The position numbers and the translations under genes were made by a program. Shown piece by piece: positions 40,370 to 50,753 of a stretch of DNA of 64,000 nucleotides. Below the pieces are notes generated by a model that saw only the letters and a program-made list of their open reading frames with translations, did not search any database and had not been told where the DNA came from. Source of the stretch: Candidatus Poribacteria bacterium (lineage in GTDB: Bacteria > Poribacteria > WGA-4E > PCPOR2b); assembly GCA_965215015.1 (NCBI GenBank), contig OZ244042.1:704001-768000 (forward strand), read 5' to 3'. Each line of letters starts with the position of its first letter. Within the stretch, counting starts at the first letter, position 1.

Positions 40370-41545
40370 TTATGAAATCGATACCGCCGGTGGATTGATG
40401 AAGTCGTGATATTTCTGTGCAACCTGCCCCGTTGCAGCATCGCCTGCGTGGATGAGTACACGGAAACGGAAATTCATCTCCTGACCACTTTTCAGCGTGT
40501 AAGAACCATCTTTGCTGGGATTGCCTTCAAACGTGCCGGTCCCGAAAATGTTTGTCGTCATTAAGCCGTAGTTACGGACATGCCAATATGTCGGATAGCG
40601 CGGGTTGGAAATGTGATCATATACAGCAATTCCAACGGGCGTTCCTTCGACGACTCCTGAGTAATCGCACCACTGTGCACGCACGCCCCATGTTTCGCCT
40701 TCGTTAATCCCGCCGTAAGCGTTTTCAATCTTTCCGCCCTCCGATGCGTTCATCGATGGATTGACCCGAACCGATATAATTCCGCCCTCTTTGGTGTCGC
40801 CGAAATGGACATCTCCTGCGGAAGCGATGAAGGTCAAATCCAGATCGATAATGGTTGCGGTCTCAGGGGTGTTATAGATGCGGAAGTGCTGTCGGTCTGA
40901 CATCAACTTTTCGCCTGCCTTACTGACCCAATCGTTTTCGGTATAGATTTTACCAACCACCGCTCCTCCGCTTTTATTCGTAAAGGATTGATGCACGACT
41001 TTACCAGAATTTTTGCCCTCTGCCCACACATCCACATCGTTGACCTCACCATAGGCTACGTACAGCGATCGGTGATGGATGTGGTCGCTGGAGTTTTCGC
41101 TAATTTCGCCGCGGGTTACCAAATTCCCTCCGGGTCCCAAGACCGGAAAGAAGTAAGGACGAAACCCATCTGTCCCATAGCGGAAGGTTGTAAACACCCT
41201 ACCATCGATTGTCACATCAATCGCATTGTCGCGTTCACTGAATACAACACCGCTACCCCCTGCAAGATCCCCCCGATAGATCGGGCTGCAAGTACCTGAT
41301 GAGAGGATATATGATCGTTCATGGCGGGCGTTGAGCCCATCCAAAATCCACGAGAGGGTCGCGGTTTTGCCATCGCTATTGAGGTCGGCGGGGATGACTA
41401 CGCCGCTCGCCCGATCCGTAAGAGTGACCGGTCCACCTGCAAGTGCTTGGGCCTCAGGATTGTCCACCTCAACGCTAACGGGGCAACCGTCTCGATTGTG
41501 TTCCCCTGCATTGACTATAACGGTAATACGATTTTTGTCTGTCAT
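40370..41545 (-). CDS. PmoA-like (PF14100-type) beta-rich protein
   Basis: RPYFFPV, DHIHHRS, DTKEGG, W.DYSG and WHVRNYG motifs. Confidence 0.65.
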   Translation of the reverse strand: MTDKNRITVIVNAGEHNRDGCPVSVEVDNPEAQALAGGPVTLTDRASGVVIPADLNSDGKTATLSWILDGLNARHERSYILSSGTCSPIYRGDLAGGSGVVFSERDNAIDVTIDGRVFTTFRYGTDGFRPYFFPVLGPGGNLVTRGEISENSSDHIHHRSLYVAYGEVNDVDVWAEGKNSGKVVHQSFTNKSGGAVVGKIYTENDWVSKAGEKLMSDRQHFRIYNTPETATIIDLDLTFIASAGDVHFGDTKEGGIISVRVNPSMNASEGGKIENAYGGINEGETWGVRAQWCDYSGVVEGTPVGIAVYDHISNPRYPTYWHVRNYGLMTTNIFGTGTFEGNPSKDGSYTLKSGQEMNFRFRVLIHAGDAATGQVAQKYHDFINPPAVSIS

Positions 41546-41629
41546 AGATAGCTCCTTGGAATTTGTGATTAATACACTTGCCCATTATATCATCTCCTTC
41601 ATCGTTTGGACAACTATCAAAATGAACAC

Positions 41630-43729
41630 CTACTTTTCCGCCCAACTGTCAGCGATACGTGCTTCCGCGACGATCGGCACTTGCCTTAGGACCGCCCCTC
41701 CCGCCGCTTCCATGGTCTGTTGAAGTATCTGGGCTGCCTCAGTGGCATTGGCTCTAGGTACTTCGATGATGACTTCATCGTGAATCATGGCGATGATTTT
41801 TGCCTCGCTTTTCTTCAAAGCCGCTGGGAGTTCTCCCAGCGCAATCTTCGCAATGTCAGCTGCTGTCCCTTGCACCTGTCTATTGATAAAGACCGTAAAC
41901 GAAGGAGGTATATCCTTCCAGATAAACCGCCGCCCGCATAGGGTCCTTTGCTTATTGGTATATTTCAACTCCCGCTCGGATTTCCGATGCCAAGCACGAA
42001 TCCCCGAATATACCTCAAAAAAGCGATTTCTAAAAGTCTTTGCTTCGGCCAAAGTCATTTCTACATCATAGCTACTCTTTGCCGAGTGCTTGAGGCCCCT
42101 TGGACCCATGCCAAAAATTAAACCGAAGTTAATCGCTTTTGCCGCTTGACGCTGTGCTGCAGTCACCTCATCAAGCGAAACCCCCTGAACCAATGAAGCG
42201 GTCAATTGGTGTAAATCTTCACCGTTCCGATAGGCTTGGGTCATCCGCGAATCTTCGCTGATTTCCGCGGCAATTCGTAATTCAATCTGTGAATAATCGG
42301 CGATCACCAGCTGATTGCCATTCTCAGCGACGAAACAACCTCGCACGCTGGCATCACGAGGCATCTGCTGGAAGTTTGGACTTGAGCAGGAAAATCGACC
42401 TGTCACGGCACCAAGTTGCCAATAATTTGCGTGGATTCTGCCTGTTTTGAGGGAAGTTGCCCGTGGTAACGGTTCAAAGAACACTGATACGAGTGTGGAT
42501 AGCTTCTTGTGTTCTAACAACAGCGGTATGCTTGGGTGGCGATCAATCAACGGTATTAACGCACGTCGGGCTGTGCTGTCAACATCAACGCCCATTTCGG
42601 CGAAAGCCGCTCTCACCTGATATGGGCTTGCCAAATTAATTTCGCCGAGATAATCGTATAGTGCCGCTCGTAGTTCGGCCCTTCGGGCTTCGACGCGATG
42701 GTAGTAGGCGTCTACTTTGGTGGAATGCAGCTTCATCCCTGTGTATTCCATCTCTGCGGTTGCACGGACACAATTAAATTCAATCTTGGCAATCTGAGTG
42801 AGATTCACATCCACCAACTCGGATTTTAGTCGAGTGCACAACCGTAATAACACCAACACATCACGTGCAGCATATAGCAACTGGGAATCAGTGAGGTCAC
42901 CACTCCAATCGCTGGCCTGCTCTGTCTTCGACAGGTACATATCGAGATAACGTTTGGCAATGTTGGCTAAACCGACACGCCCAGAGGAGCTGAGCAACTT
43001 CGCTGCTAGCATCGTATCGAAGATAGGTCCACTCACATCAATCCCTATCGCCCAGAGCATTTTGATATCAAAGTTGGCGTTGTGGAAGACCTTCACAGAA
43101 TCGTTCATCAACACTCGACAAAGTGCCTCTAGGTCCTGCAAGTTATCAAAAGCGTCTAAATCAACCATGACCGCCGGACAATTCTCAACTGCCAGTTGGA
43201 TTAGCCGGATTTTCGCCTGATGCGGATCGAGTCCCGCTCGTTTGAGCAGGCCCGTTGCGGTCTTAAGCTTCGCTTTTGCGGCTTTCAGTTGGTCTTTGAC
43301 AGCATTGCGTACCGCACGTATGGGTTGCTTTTCGGCGTTTGTTTTCGCGCGTTTAACAGCTTCTCTGACCCCCTCAAACTCAGCGGTTAGCTGCCTGAAA
43401 TGACTTTCGGCGCGTTCAACATCGGCTCGGACGTCGGCCGGCGCATAAGTTTCTGTGTCAATTGCAATCACATCAGCTGCGCTGAGCGACTCTATGACAG
43501 ATTCTAAAGCTTTCCGGCCGGTGACGATGGTATATTCAACATCTTCACCTTGCAGCAGCAGGTCTGCACGCTCATAGGCACCGGCGAGCCAATATTGTGT
43601 GGCTTTGAGGGCAACTTCAAAAGAGTGGCCCCGCGCGAGAGCAGTGTCTACAGCCTCAAGCCATCCATCAGAGCAGTCTGCTAGCACCTGTGTTAATTGG
43701 TCTCTGGCTTTATAGGAAAGACTTTTCAT
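41630..43729 (-). CDS. Stand-alone family A DNA polymerase with 3'-5' exonuclease and no 5' nuclease domain
   Basis: ExoI DTET, ExoII HNANFD, ExoIII YAARD; TGRFS, motif A DYSQIELR, motif B RxxxKxxNFG, motif C HDE. Confidence 0.92.
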   Translation of the reverse strand: MKSLSYKARDQLTQVLADCSDGWLEAVDTALARGHSFEVALKATQYWLAGAYERADLLLQGEDVEYTIVTGRKALESVIESLSAADVIAIDTETYAPADVRADVERAESHFRQLTAEFEGVREAVKRAKTNAEKQPIRAVRNAVKDQLKAAKAKLKTATGLLKRAGLDPHQAKIRLIQLAVENCPAVMVDLDAFDNLQDLEALCRVLMNDSVKVFHNANFDIKMLWAIGIDVSGPIFDTMLAAKLLSSSGRVGLANIAKRYLDMYLSKTEQASDWSGDLTDSQLLYAARDVLVLLRLCTRLKSELVDVNLTQIAKIEFNCVRATAEMEYTGMKLHSTKVDAYYHRVEARRAELRAALYDYLGEINLASPYQVRAAFAEMGVDVDSTARRALIPLIDRHPSIPLLLEHKKLSTLVSVFFEPLPRATSLKTGRIHANYWQLGAVTGRFSCSSPNFQQMPRDASVRGCFVAENGNQLVIADYSQIELRIAAEISEDSRMTQAYRNGEDLHQLTASLVQGVSLDEVTAAQRQAAKAINFGLIFGMGPRGLKHSAKSSYDVEMTLAEAKTFRNRFFEVYSGIRAWHRKSERELKYTNKQRTLCGRRFIWKDIPPSFTVFINRQVQGTAADIAKIALGELPAALKKSEAKIIAMIHDEVIIEVPRANATEAAQILQQTMEAAGGAVLRQVPIVAEARIADSWAEK

Positions 43730-43880
43730 CTCGAAGGGTTACAGTGTTTTTGGTGCCCCTTTGCCTTAACACATAAATACTATACGTAAATTAAGTATAA
43801 CATACACATAGTTGTATTTCAAGATGAAAAGGTTTCAAATACTCGCAAGATTAACGCACAATTTGATGTGGTAGGTATAT

Positions 43881-44636
43881 TTATCGCGCAACCCAACCGC
43901 CATCCACAGACATAGCGTGCCCGGTGACAAATGAAGCTGCATCTGATAACAACCACATTACAGCTTGGGCGACATCTGATGGATCCCCTATTCGTCCAAT
44001 TGGATGCCTTCCAAGCATCTGTGCCTTACTTTGAGGGTCGTTCATTCCCCGCTCGATCATTGGCGTGTTGATATGACCCGGACATACCGCATTGACTCGG
44101 ATACCCTCAGCAGCATATTCCATTGCAGTAGTCTTGGTCAACCCGATGACACCGTGCTTGCTCGCAACATACGCCGGTGCCCCACCGGCGGCGGCGAGTC
44201 CGTACGCAGACGACGTATTGACGATGGCACCACTGGATTGCTTAAGCATCTGGGCAATTTCATACTTCATGCACAGCCAGACGCCTGTGAGATTGACCTT
44301 GATGGTAAATTCCCAGTCTTCTTCTGTACAGTCCACTGTGCTGCCCCCTCTGCCGACACCAGCATTGTTGAAGGCACAGTCCAAGCGACCGTAGTTCTCA
44401 ACTGTCCTACTGACCATAGCTTCAACTGAGTCAACCTTCGACACATCTGTCTCCACAAAAATGCTCTCTCCGCCGGCACCTTGAATCAGGTGCACGGTCT
44501 GCTCACCGCCAGAAATATTGAGATCGGCAACGACGACCTTTGACCCTTCGCTTGCCAACATCAGAGCAGTTGCCCGACCAATTCCCGAACTGCCACCTGT
44601 CACCAGAGTAACTTTATCTTCTACCTGTCCTGCCAT
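43881..44636 (-). CDS. Short-chain dehydrogenase/reductase
   Basis: TGGSSGIG, NNAG and YVASK motifs. Confidence 0.92.
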   Translation of the reverse strand: MAGQVEDKVTLVTGGSSGIGRATALMLASEGSKVVVADLNISGGEQTVHLIQGAGGESIFVETDVSKVDSVEAMVSRTVENYGRLDCAFNNAGVGRGGSTVDCTEEDWEFTIKVNLTGVWLCMKYEIAQMLKQSSGAIVNTSSAYGLAAAGGAPAYVASKHGVIGLTKTTAMEYAAEGIRVNAVCPGHINTPMIERGMNDPQSKAQMLGRHPIGRIGDPSDVAQAVMWLLSDAASFVTGHAMSVDGGWVAR

Positions 44637-44794
44637 TTCAGTATCTCCTCAATTGATATGAAAGTTCTCTCAATTCATCAATCGTACCATGTTTTTAGGA
44701 ATTGATCAATCACCTCTTAATGTTTTGAATCTTGATTCATACAGCATTTTGCGCTATACTCAAGCGCGAAAGGGCACGAAAGGAGGATATATCC

Positions 44795-45586
44795 ATGGAC
44801 TTGGGATTGAATCAAAAAGTTGCTATCGTCTGCGCGGCGAGCAAGGGTTTGGGAAGGGCGTGTGCAACGGTGCTGGCTCGCGAAGGCGCGTACGTAGTTG
44901 TCTGTGCACGCAACGAGCAAGCACTCAATGAGGCAGCGGCAACAATACGCGCGGAAAGCGGCTCACGGGTATTGCCTGTCGTTTGCGATCTCACAAGAGA
45001 GGAAGACATTGAGCAATTGGTGGAAAAAGGCGTGGAAGAATTTGGAACTGTTGATATTCTCGTTACCAACGTTGGACACCCGCAGATGGGCGTATTCTCG
45101 GACCTAGTGGATGCGGACTGGCAGCATGGTTATGAAGGCGTCTTGCTCCCGGTTATCCGGCTCTGCCGCTTGGTCATCCCTCATATGCAGCAGGTGAATT
45201 GGGGACGCATCGTGCACATCACTAGCATTGCTGTTAGAGAACCCGGTACGCCTTACCTCATCTCCAGCGTTTTTCGAGCGGGTGTGGCGGCGTTGAGCAA
45301 GTCGCTCGCCAACGAACTGGGGCCCGCAGGGATTCTGGTCAACACCGTTTGTCCTGGACCGTCTCGGACACCCCTTGGCGAAGAATTGATACGACGGGCA
45401 GCGGTGGCACAGAATAGAACCTACGCAGAAATCGAATCAGAAACGACTCAAGCTTCCGTTATCGGTCGGATGGGTGAGGCGGAGGAGTTGGCTGCGTTTG
45501 TCGCCTTTTTATGCAGCGACCACGCTGCGAACACCACAGGACAGGTAATGTCAGTGGATGGGGGCACGGTACGTGGGTTATTTTGA
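44795..45586 (+). CDS. Short-chain dehydrogenase/reductase (FabG-like, lacking the canonical YxxxK)
   Basis: MDLGL..KVA..AASKGLG. ATG at 44795 follows an aggagg RBS. Confidence 0.85.
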   Translation: MDLGLNQKVAIVCAASKGLGRACATVLAREGAYVVVCARNEQALNEAAATIRAESGSRVLPVVCDLTREEDIEQLVEKGVEEFGTVDILVTNVGHPQMGVFSDLVDADWQHGYEGVLLPVIRLCRLVIPHMQQVNWGRIVHITSIAVREPGTPYLISSVFRAGVAALSKSLANELGPAGILVNTVCPGPSRTPLGEELIRRAAVAQNRTYAEIESETTQASVIGRMGEAEELAAFVAFLCSDHAANTTGQVMSVDGGTVRGLF

Positions 45587-45606
45587 GAGACCGATATTGA
45601 GTCAAA

Positions 45607-48600
45607 TTACTGTACGTTCAACAACTGATTAAACAACGTCCGTGTGGTTTCCGTGCACCAATGGTAGTCCTTCAAAAACCGTTGTGTTCCGTCTTCGTAG
45701 CCGAGTCGCTTGGCGAGCTGTTCCAAAGCGGGGGCTTTATCCGGCAGGGCTTCTAACGGTCGGTCATGAACGATTCGCAAGCTATTTTCCACATTCCTCA
45801 GAAATTCATACGTGAGGAGGAGCTGCTCCCGTTGATTTCGGGTTAAAACCCTTACTTCATGCAGCCGGTGAATCGCCTCAATGGTGTTCTGTACCCGCAC
45901 TTGCGGGTGTGCCGCACCATGGATTAACTGGAGTGTCTGAGTGACAAATTCGATATCGATGAGCCCCCCATATCCAGATTTCACGTCAATCCGCTGCTTT
46001 CTTCTCCGTCTCCGGCGGCGAGCGGTGGATGAAGTGAAGGCTGGGCGCGTCGCTTGCGCTTCTTTGCGCCGCCGATTATGGATAATATGTGCGGTCTGCT
46101 CAACGGTCAGAGGCTGACTGTAGGCAAAGGTGTGTGCCTGTTCAACAAACTTCTGCCCTAGCTCAACATCGCCAGCAACGGGTCGAGCGCGGATTAATAT
46201 CTGACGCTCCCATGTTTCAGCGTCTTTTTCGTAATAACTCCGATAGCCCGCTAGCGACAAGGCAATTGCTCCGCCTGAACCAAATGGACGGAGCCGCAGG
46301 TCAATGTCATAGATTCTGCCACTACCTATATTCCCCCTCATCCGATTGACCAGCTCTAATCCAAACTTGCTAAAGTAATCCGCGTTAGACATGCCTTGCG
46401 TCGTTTCGCCTTCGGCAGAATAGACCAACATCAGATCGAGATCTGCGCTGAAGTTGAGTTCCCGCCCGCCGAATTTCCCCATGCCAATCACAGCGAACCT
46501 CGCCAAAGGCAAATCTACGTCTATCTTTTTATTTGTAGAAGCAGTTTGCCTCTGACTCCCCCTCCTCTCCAGCGGTTTCCCGTATTCGATTTGCAATTCT
46601 GTATTGATGTGGGAATACATCGCCTGCAAGACCCCCTCGGCGAGATCGGAAAGTTCAGTCGTCGTTTCCCACAGATTTGTCTGTCCCAAAATGTTTCGCA
46701 TACCGATTCGTAGGACTTCGCTGTTTTTGTATCGCCTTAGCGGCTCGAACACCTGATTAGGTGTTCGAGCCGCGGTTTCCTGGAGTGCTTCCCCATAGAT
46801 CTCGGCCGCTGTCTTGGGCTGGTCCATCACCGCTGGGGCAGTCAATACATCAAAGGATTCCGGCTGCCCGGTTAGTAACTCAGCTAAGAAACGGCTAGTT
46901 CCACATAGCTTGGTCAATAACTCTAGGGTGGAGGGATGTTCATTGAACATCGCGTAGTGTGCACTACGCGCTCCTACCTTGCTTGCGAAGGTTTCAATAT
47001 AATGAAGTGCCATGTCAGGGTCCGGGGATTTACTCAATAGACGCAGCAGTGTTGACGCGAGATTGACAAACAGTCGACGGACATGCGGAGAAAATCGCAC
47101 CCCATCGGGTCCTTCCGCCATCAACCTCAATCGCCGATGGGCCTCACGTACATTAGCGAACTCAACAGGCCCCAGGAGGTCGCGTATTACGCTTGACTCG
47201 GTGGCTATGAGCACCGCTTCTATGTCTATCTCGCCCTCTGAAACTGGCGTTGCTAGGACCTTCCCAAAAATCAATCGAACGGCATCCGTATGGAGTGTGT
47301 AGTCCATCTCAAACGCTTCTAAAGCGGAACTAGCCTCACTATCTTGATACCCAATCCGCTTGGCAAGTTTCATCAGTTCAGGTTCCTTTGAAGGGAGGGA
47401 GTAGCGCTGCAAATCGGCTTGCATCTGGATACGGTGCTCAACCGTCCGCAGGAAACGGTAGGCATCGGCAAGGGTATCTCGATCTATCTGATCTAGCATC
47501 CCATGGCGATAGAGTAGGTCAATCGTTTGCAGCGAGTTGTAATTCCGCAACGCTGGGGTAGAACCCCCGTGAATCAGTTGGAGGCACTGGATAGTAAACT
47601 CGATATCACGAATACCGCCGATACCGAGCTTAACATGCGCCATCACGTCATCGCCCTGCTCCCGGAGTTGGCTTTCAATCTGCGCTTTCGTCCGGCGAAC
47701 GTCCCGTTTTATCTCCGTAATAGATTGTTCATCGAGGTAGCGGCGATAGACAAACGGCTGAACGGTGCGAATAAACTGCGCGCCTAACTTGAGGTCCCCG
47801 GCAACAGGACGGGCTTTGATCAATGCCTGGCGTTCCCAAATCTCGCCCCATCCCTCGTAGTAAGCCTCGTAGCTGTCAATGGATCGGGCAATTACCCCCA
47901 CCCGGCTCTCAGGACGCAGCCGGACATCAACCCGGAAGACATAGCCAGCCTTGGTGACTTTGCTCATCCCGTTGATGATGAACTCGCAGAGTTTGGCAAA
48001 GTACTCCCGGTTCTCGATGCCTTGATCTGTTACCCCATCGTGTGAGTAAACGAACATCACATCGATATCCGAACTGAAATTGAGCTCATATCCCCCAAAC
48101 TTGCCCATCGCTATTACAGTGAGTGTGCTCGGAACCTTTTCACCGGTCGGGAGTTCGCCCCAAGGTGCACCCATTTTTAGGGTCAGTTCAGCCGTACCAA
48201 TTTCATAGCAGACCTGTAGTGCTGCCTCCGCGAGGTTTGTCAATTCTTGCGTGGTCGTCTCAAGGTCGGCGTCGCCTAACAGATCCCGCAGACCGAGGCG
48301 TAGACTCTCCTTCCGCTTATAACCACGAATCGCGTTCAACTTTTGTTCTGCTAAATCAAACGGGCGTACCGCTTGGGACAGCTCACGATACATCGTTTCA
48401 CAGTCTTTTGGGTTATTCATCACCCCGGCATCAATGAGTTCGTAAAAATATTCAGGATTCCGCACCAAAATATCTGAGAAATAGGTGCTAGATCCAAAGC
48501 AGGTCGACAATATTCTCAGCAGGAAGGGGGCATCATGCAGCAAGCGATAAAGCCAAAGTCGATCAAAAGTCACGCTGACAAAACGCTCAAAATTGTTCAG

Positions 48601-48822
48601 TGCTGCATCCGGATCCGGTGAATCCGCTGCTGCGCTCAAGAGATGACTGACAATTTCGGCAAACGCCTCGCGATATGGGGGGGTGTCCGCTAAGTTGTGT
48701 AGTCGGCGATTTACGCCGCGAACGTCCTGAAATCCATACAGCCCGAGGATTTGATCAACCGTTTCGGTTGAGAAGTCGTCGGGCGAAAGAACCAGATTTT
48801 TTGGAGTGAGATTTGAAGTCAT
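45607..48822 (-). CDS. glnE: Bifunctional glutamine synthetase adenylyltransferase/deadenylylase
   Basis: Two nucleotidyltransferase halves: MGKFGGYELNFSSDID and MGKFGGRELNFSADLD, each with D.RLRP, WERQ and GG..DIEF. Confidence 0.95.
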   Translation of the reverse strand: MTSNLTPKNLVLSPDDFSTETVDQILGLYGFQDVRGVNRRLHNLADTPPYREAFAEIVSHLLSAAADSPDPDAALNNFERFVSVTFDRLWLYRLLHDAPFLLRILSTCFGSSTYFSDILVRNPEYFYELIDAGVMNNPKDCETMYRELSQAVRPFDLAEQKLNAIRGYKRKESLRLGLRDLLGDADLETTTQELTNLAEAALQVCYEIGTAELTLKMGAPWGELPTGEKVPSTLTVIAMGKFGGYELNFSSDIDVMFVYSHDGVTDQGIENREYFAKLCEFIINGMSKVTKAGYVFRVDVRLRPESRVGVIARSIDSYEAYYEGWGEIWERQALIKARPVAGDLKLGAQFIRTVQPFVYRRYLDEQSITEIKRDVRRTKAQIESQLREQGDDVMAHVKLGIGGIRDIEFTIQCLQLIHGGSTPALRNYNSLQTIDLLYRHGMLDQIDRDTLADAYRFLRTVEHRIQMQADLQRYSLPSKEPELMKLAKRIGYQDSEASSALEAFEMDYTLHTDAVRLIFGKVLATPVSEGEIDIEAVLIATESSVIRDLLGPVEFANVREAHRRLRLMAEGPDGVRFSPHVRRLFVNLASTLLRLLSKSPDPDMALHYIETFASKVGARSAHYAMFNEHPSTLELLTKLCGTSRFLAELLTGQPESFDVLTAPAVMDQPKTAAEIYGEALQETAARTPNQVFEPLRRYKNSEVLRIGMRNILGQTNLWETTTELSDLAEGVLQAMYSHINTELQIEYGKPLERRGSQRQTASTNKKIDVDLPLARFAVIGMGKFGGRELNFSADLDLMLVYSAEGETTQGMSNADYFSKFGLELVNRMRGNIGSGRIYDIDLRLRPFGSGGAIALSLAGYRSYYEKDAETWERQILIRARPVAGDVELGQKFVEQAHTFAYSQPLTVEQTAHIIHNRRRKEAQATRPAFTSSTARRRRRRRKQRIDVKSGYGGLIDIEFVTQTLQLIHGAAHPQVRVQNTIEAIHRLHEVRVLTRNQREQLLLTYEFLRNVENSLRIVHDRPLEALPDKAPALEQLAKRLGYEDGTQRFLKDYHWCTETTRTLFNQLLNVQ

Positions 48823-49134
48823 ATTGTTTCCTCCCCGATGCTACGATCGGTTCCGATTTCGTTGTTCCGAAAGAATTTACGAAATCGTGAATCCCGATCC
48901 TTGATTGGGAGATTCAAAGCAACTTGTTTGTCAGGAATTGAAACAGATTCTTCGATAGGCACGTTATCATCGTATGCACCCTAGAGGTCGAGTAATACAG
49001 AAAAATGTAAAAGGTCAAAATTCGATTTGCTCATTTACATAAATCATGTGTTCTGTGAGAACGACTCGCTTCGGGGTTCGCTAGGTAAATGGGTTTACAC
49101 GTGCTCACCCCAAACTGTGGAAAAGGAGTACACA

Positions 49135-49575
49135 ATGGAAATCGATGAAACATTTATGAAATCAACAGAAGCCCTGCAAATCATACCAATGTCAAGTCCA
49201 AGCGATTGTACACATCAGTCCTCGTTGGAGGACACCGAGCTCGTTCACTTGCAAGTGCTGGTCCGCGAAAAAGCTGCGCTGATTGAAAAATTGACGGAAG
49301 AGAATCAGTACCTCTACGCCCAAATTGAACGGCTAGAGGAACACATAAAATCGGAAATTAAGCGATCGGATGCTATGATTGGGCAGATGCAAGCAGCGTC
49401 TGAGGAATCGGACAAACACGCTCAAGCAATAATTATACACTTGAGTCAACAGGTTGCACAACAAGCAGAACAGATTGAGATTTTGCAGGAATTGCAGGGT
49501 TTTAGCGGCGCAGTCCGCCAAACTGTCAGGCAACTGAAATCACGTATGCTACGCGAACGACTCGCCGCAGGATAG
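49135..49575 (+). CDS. Coiled-coil hypothetical protein
   Basis: Heptad-rich Q/E/L sequence. ATG at 49135 follows an aaggag RBS. Confidence 0.55.
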   Translation: MEIDETFMKSTEALQIIPMSSPSDCTHQSSLEDTELVHLQVLVREKAALIEKLTEENQYLYAQIERLEEHIKSEIKRSDAMIGQMQAASEESDKHAQAIIIHLSQQVAQQAEQIEILQELQGFSGAVRQTVRQLKSRMLRERLAAG

Positions 49576-49780
49576 AAATATGGATATGAGGTTGCCTCAT
49601 GTTAGGAAATCGTGCAACAGCACATCGTGAAACGTGAGGCGTGAGCAGATGAGTGAAAGCCAATGTTTTCATAGTAGGCGCGGACGGGAAAACCTCGTCC
49701 CTACAGTCTCGTTCGCGTTTTGTCCCTTCTTTTTCTGCGCGCCTCATAGATCAGGCCTCCTATCCCGTCCCCCCAATGAA

Positions 49781-50725
49781 CTAATTATTTTCACGTTCCA
49801 CAGCACGACAGACTGCCTCTGCCATAACTTCTGCTGCGATAATGCCAACGGTATTAACCGGTGTGTCGTGCGTTCCGATCGAAAGCGCGAAAATTGTGTC
49901 GCCATCAAACATGGTATGCACCGGGCGAATCGTCCGTGCCAAGCCATCGTGCGCTATCTGTGCGATTTTCGTGACTGCTGTTGGGGAGAGGGCAGCGTTT
50001 GTTCCGACGACACCGATGGTTGTATTTGTACTAGGCGTTTGAGATAGCTCCTTTTCTTCCTGTTCAGAGAATCTCTCCACAATATCCACAAACTCCCCTG
50101 TCTCAGGATGTTTTGCCCCTGTCATAATCTTTCCAGTCGTTGGATCGACGACGTTTCCGACTGCGTTAACGACGACAATCGCCCCAACTATCAGGCCCGA
50201 TTTCAAAGCGCGACACGCCGATCCGACGCCACCGTTTGATGGCTGAAATCCTGGCACCTTCCCAACCGTTGCGCCTGTACCGGCACCTACCTGCCCCATC
50301 TTGACCCGAGCACTAGTGGCGTTCAGGGAAGCACGATAACCCATCTCCCTGTCCGGACGCACCTTCGGGTCTCCGACACCTAGATCGAAGATAACAGCAC
50401 TCGGCACAATTGGCACACGCACTGGTCCCGCCGGGAATCCAACGCCACGTTCCTCAAGAAACTGCATCACCCCACCCGCTGCATCCAATCCAAACCCGCT
50501 GCCGCCTGTGAGTACAACCGCGTGGATTTCCTCTATCAATCCACCCGGGCGAATTGCATCGGTTTCCCTGGTGCCGGGTGCAGCTCCTCGAACATCAACT
50601 CCAGCGACGGCTCCGGACTCACAAAGAATTACTGTGCAGCCCGTACGTGCGTTTTCGTTCGTGGCATGACCAACTTTGACGCCGTTGATGGCAGTAATCG
50701 TATCACTTTTTAATGGAGTAGCCAT
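49781..50725 (-). CDS. Peptidase family S58 (DmpA/P1)
   Basis: VGH, TGCTV, RGAAPGTRET, GAGTGA, NTTIG and DGDTIF motifs. Confidence 0.92.
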   Translation of the reverse strand: MATPLKSDTITAINGVKVGHATNENARTGCTVILCESGAVAGVDVRGAAPGTRETDAIRPGGLIEEIHAVVLTGGSGFGLDAAGGVMQFLEERGVGFPAGPVRVPIVPSAVIFDLGVGDPKVRPDREMGYRASLNATSARVKMGQVGAGTGATVGKVPGFQPSNGGVGSACRALKSGLIVGAIVVVNAVGNVVDPTTGKIMTGAKHPETGEFVDIVERFSEQEEKELSQTPSTNTTIGVVGTNAALSPTAVTKIAQIAHDGLARTIRPVHTMFDGDTIFALSIGTHDTPVNTVGIIAAEVMAEAVCRAVERENN

Positions 50726-50753
50726 TTTAATCCGATACTATGTTGGATAGGTG

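Noticed and set aside
40370-41545. Methane monooxygenase
   Set aside because: A soluble beta-rich protein of a misleadingly named family; it has no TM helices and no pmoB/pmoC neighbours.
41630-43729. Prophage around the DNA polymerase
   Set aside because: The flanks are metabolic genes; no integrase, primase/helicase or structural genes are present.
43770-43825. Operator-like palindrome tatac-N9-gtata upstream of the polymerase
   Set aside because: A short AT-rich palindrome, single instance, and not assignable to a known regulator.
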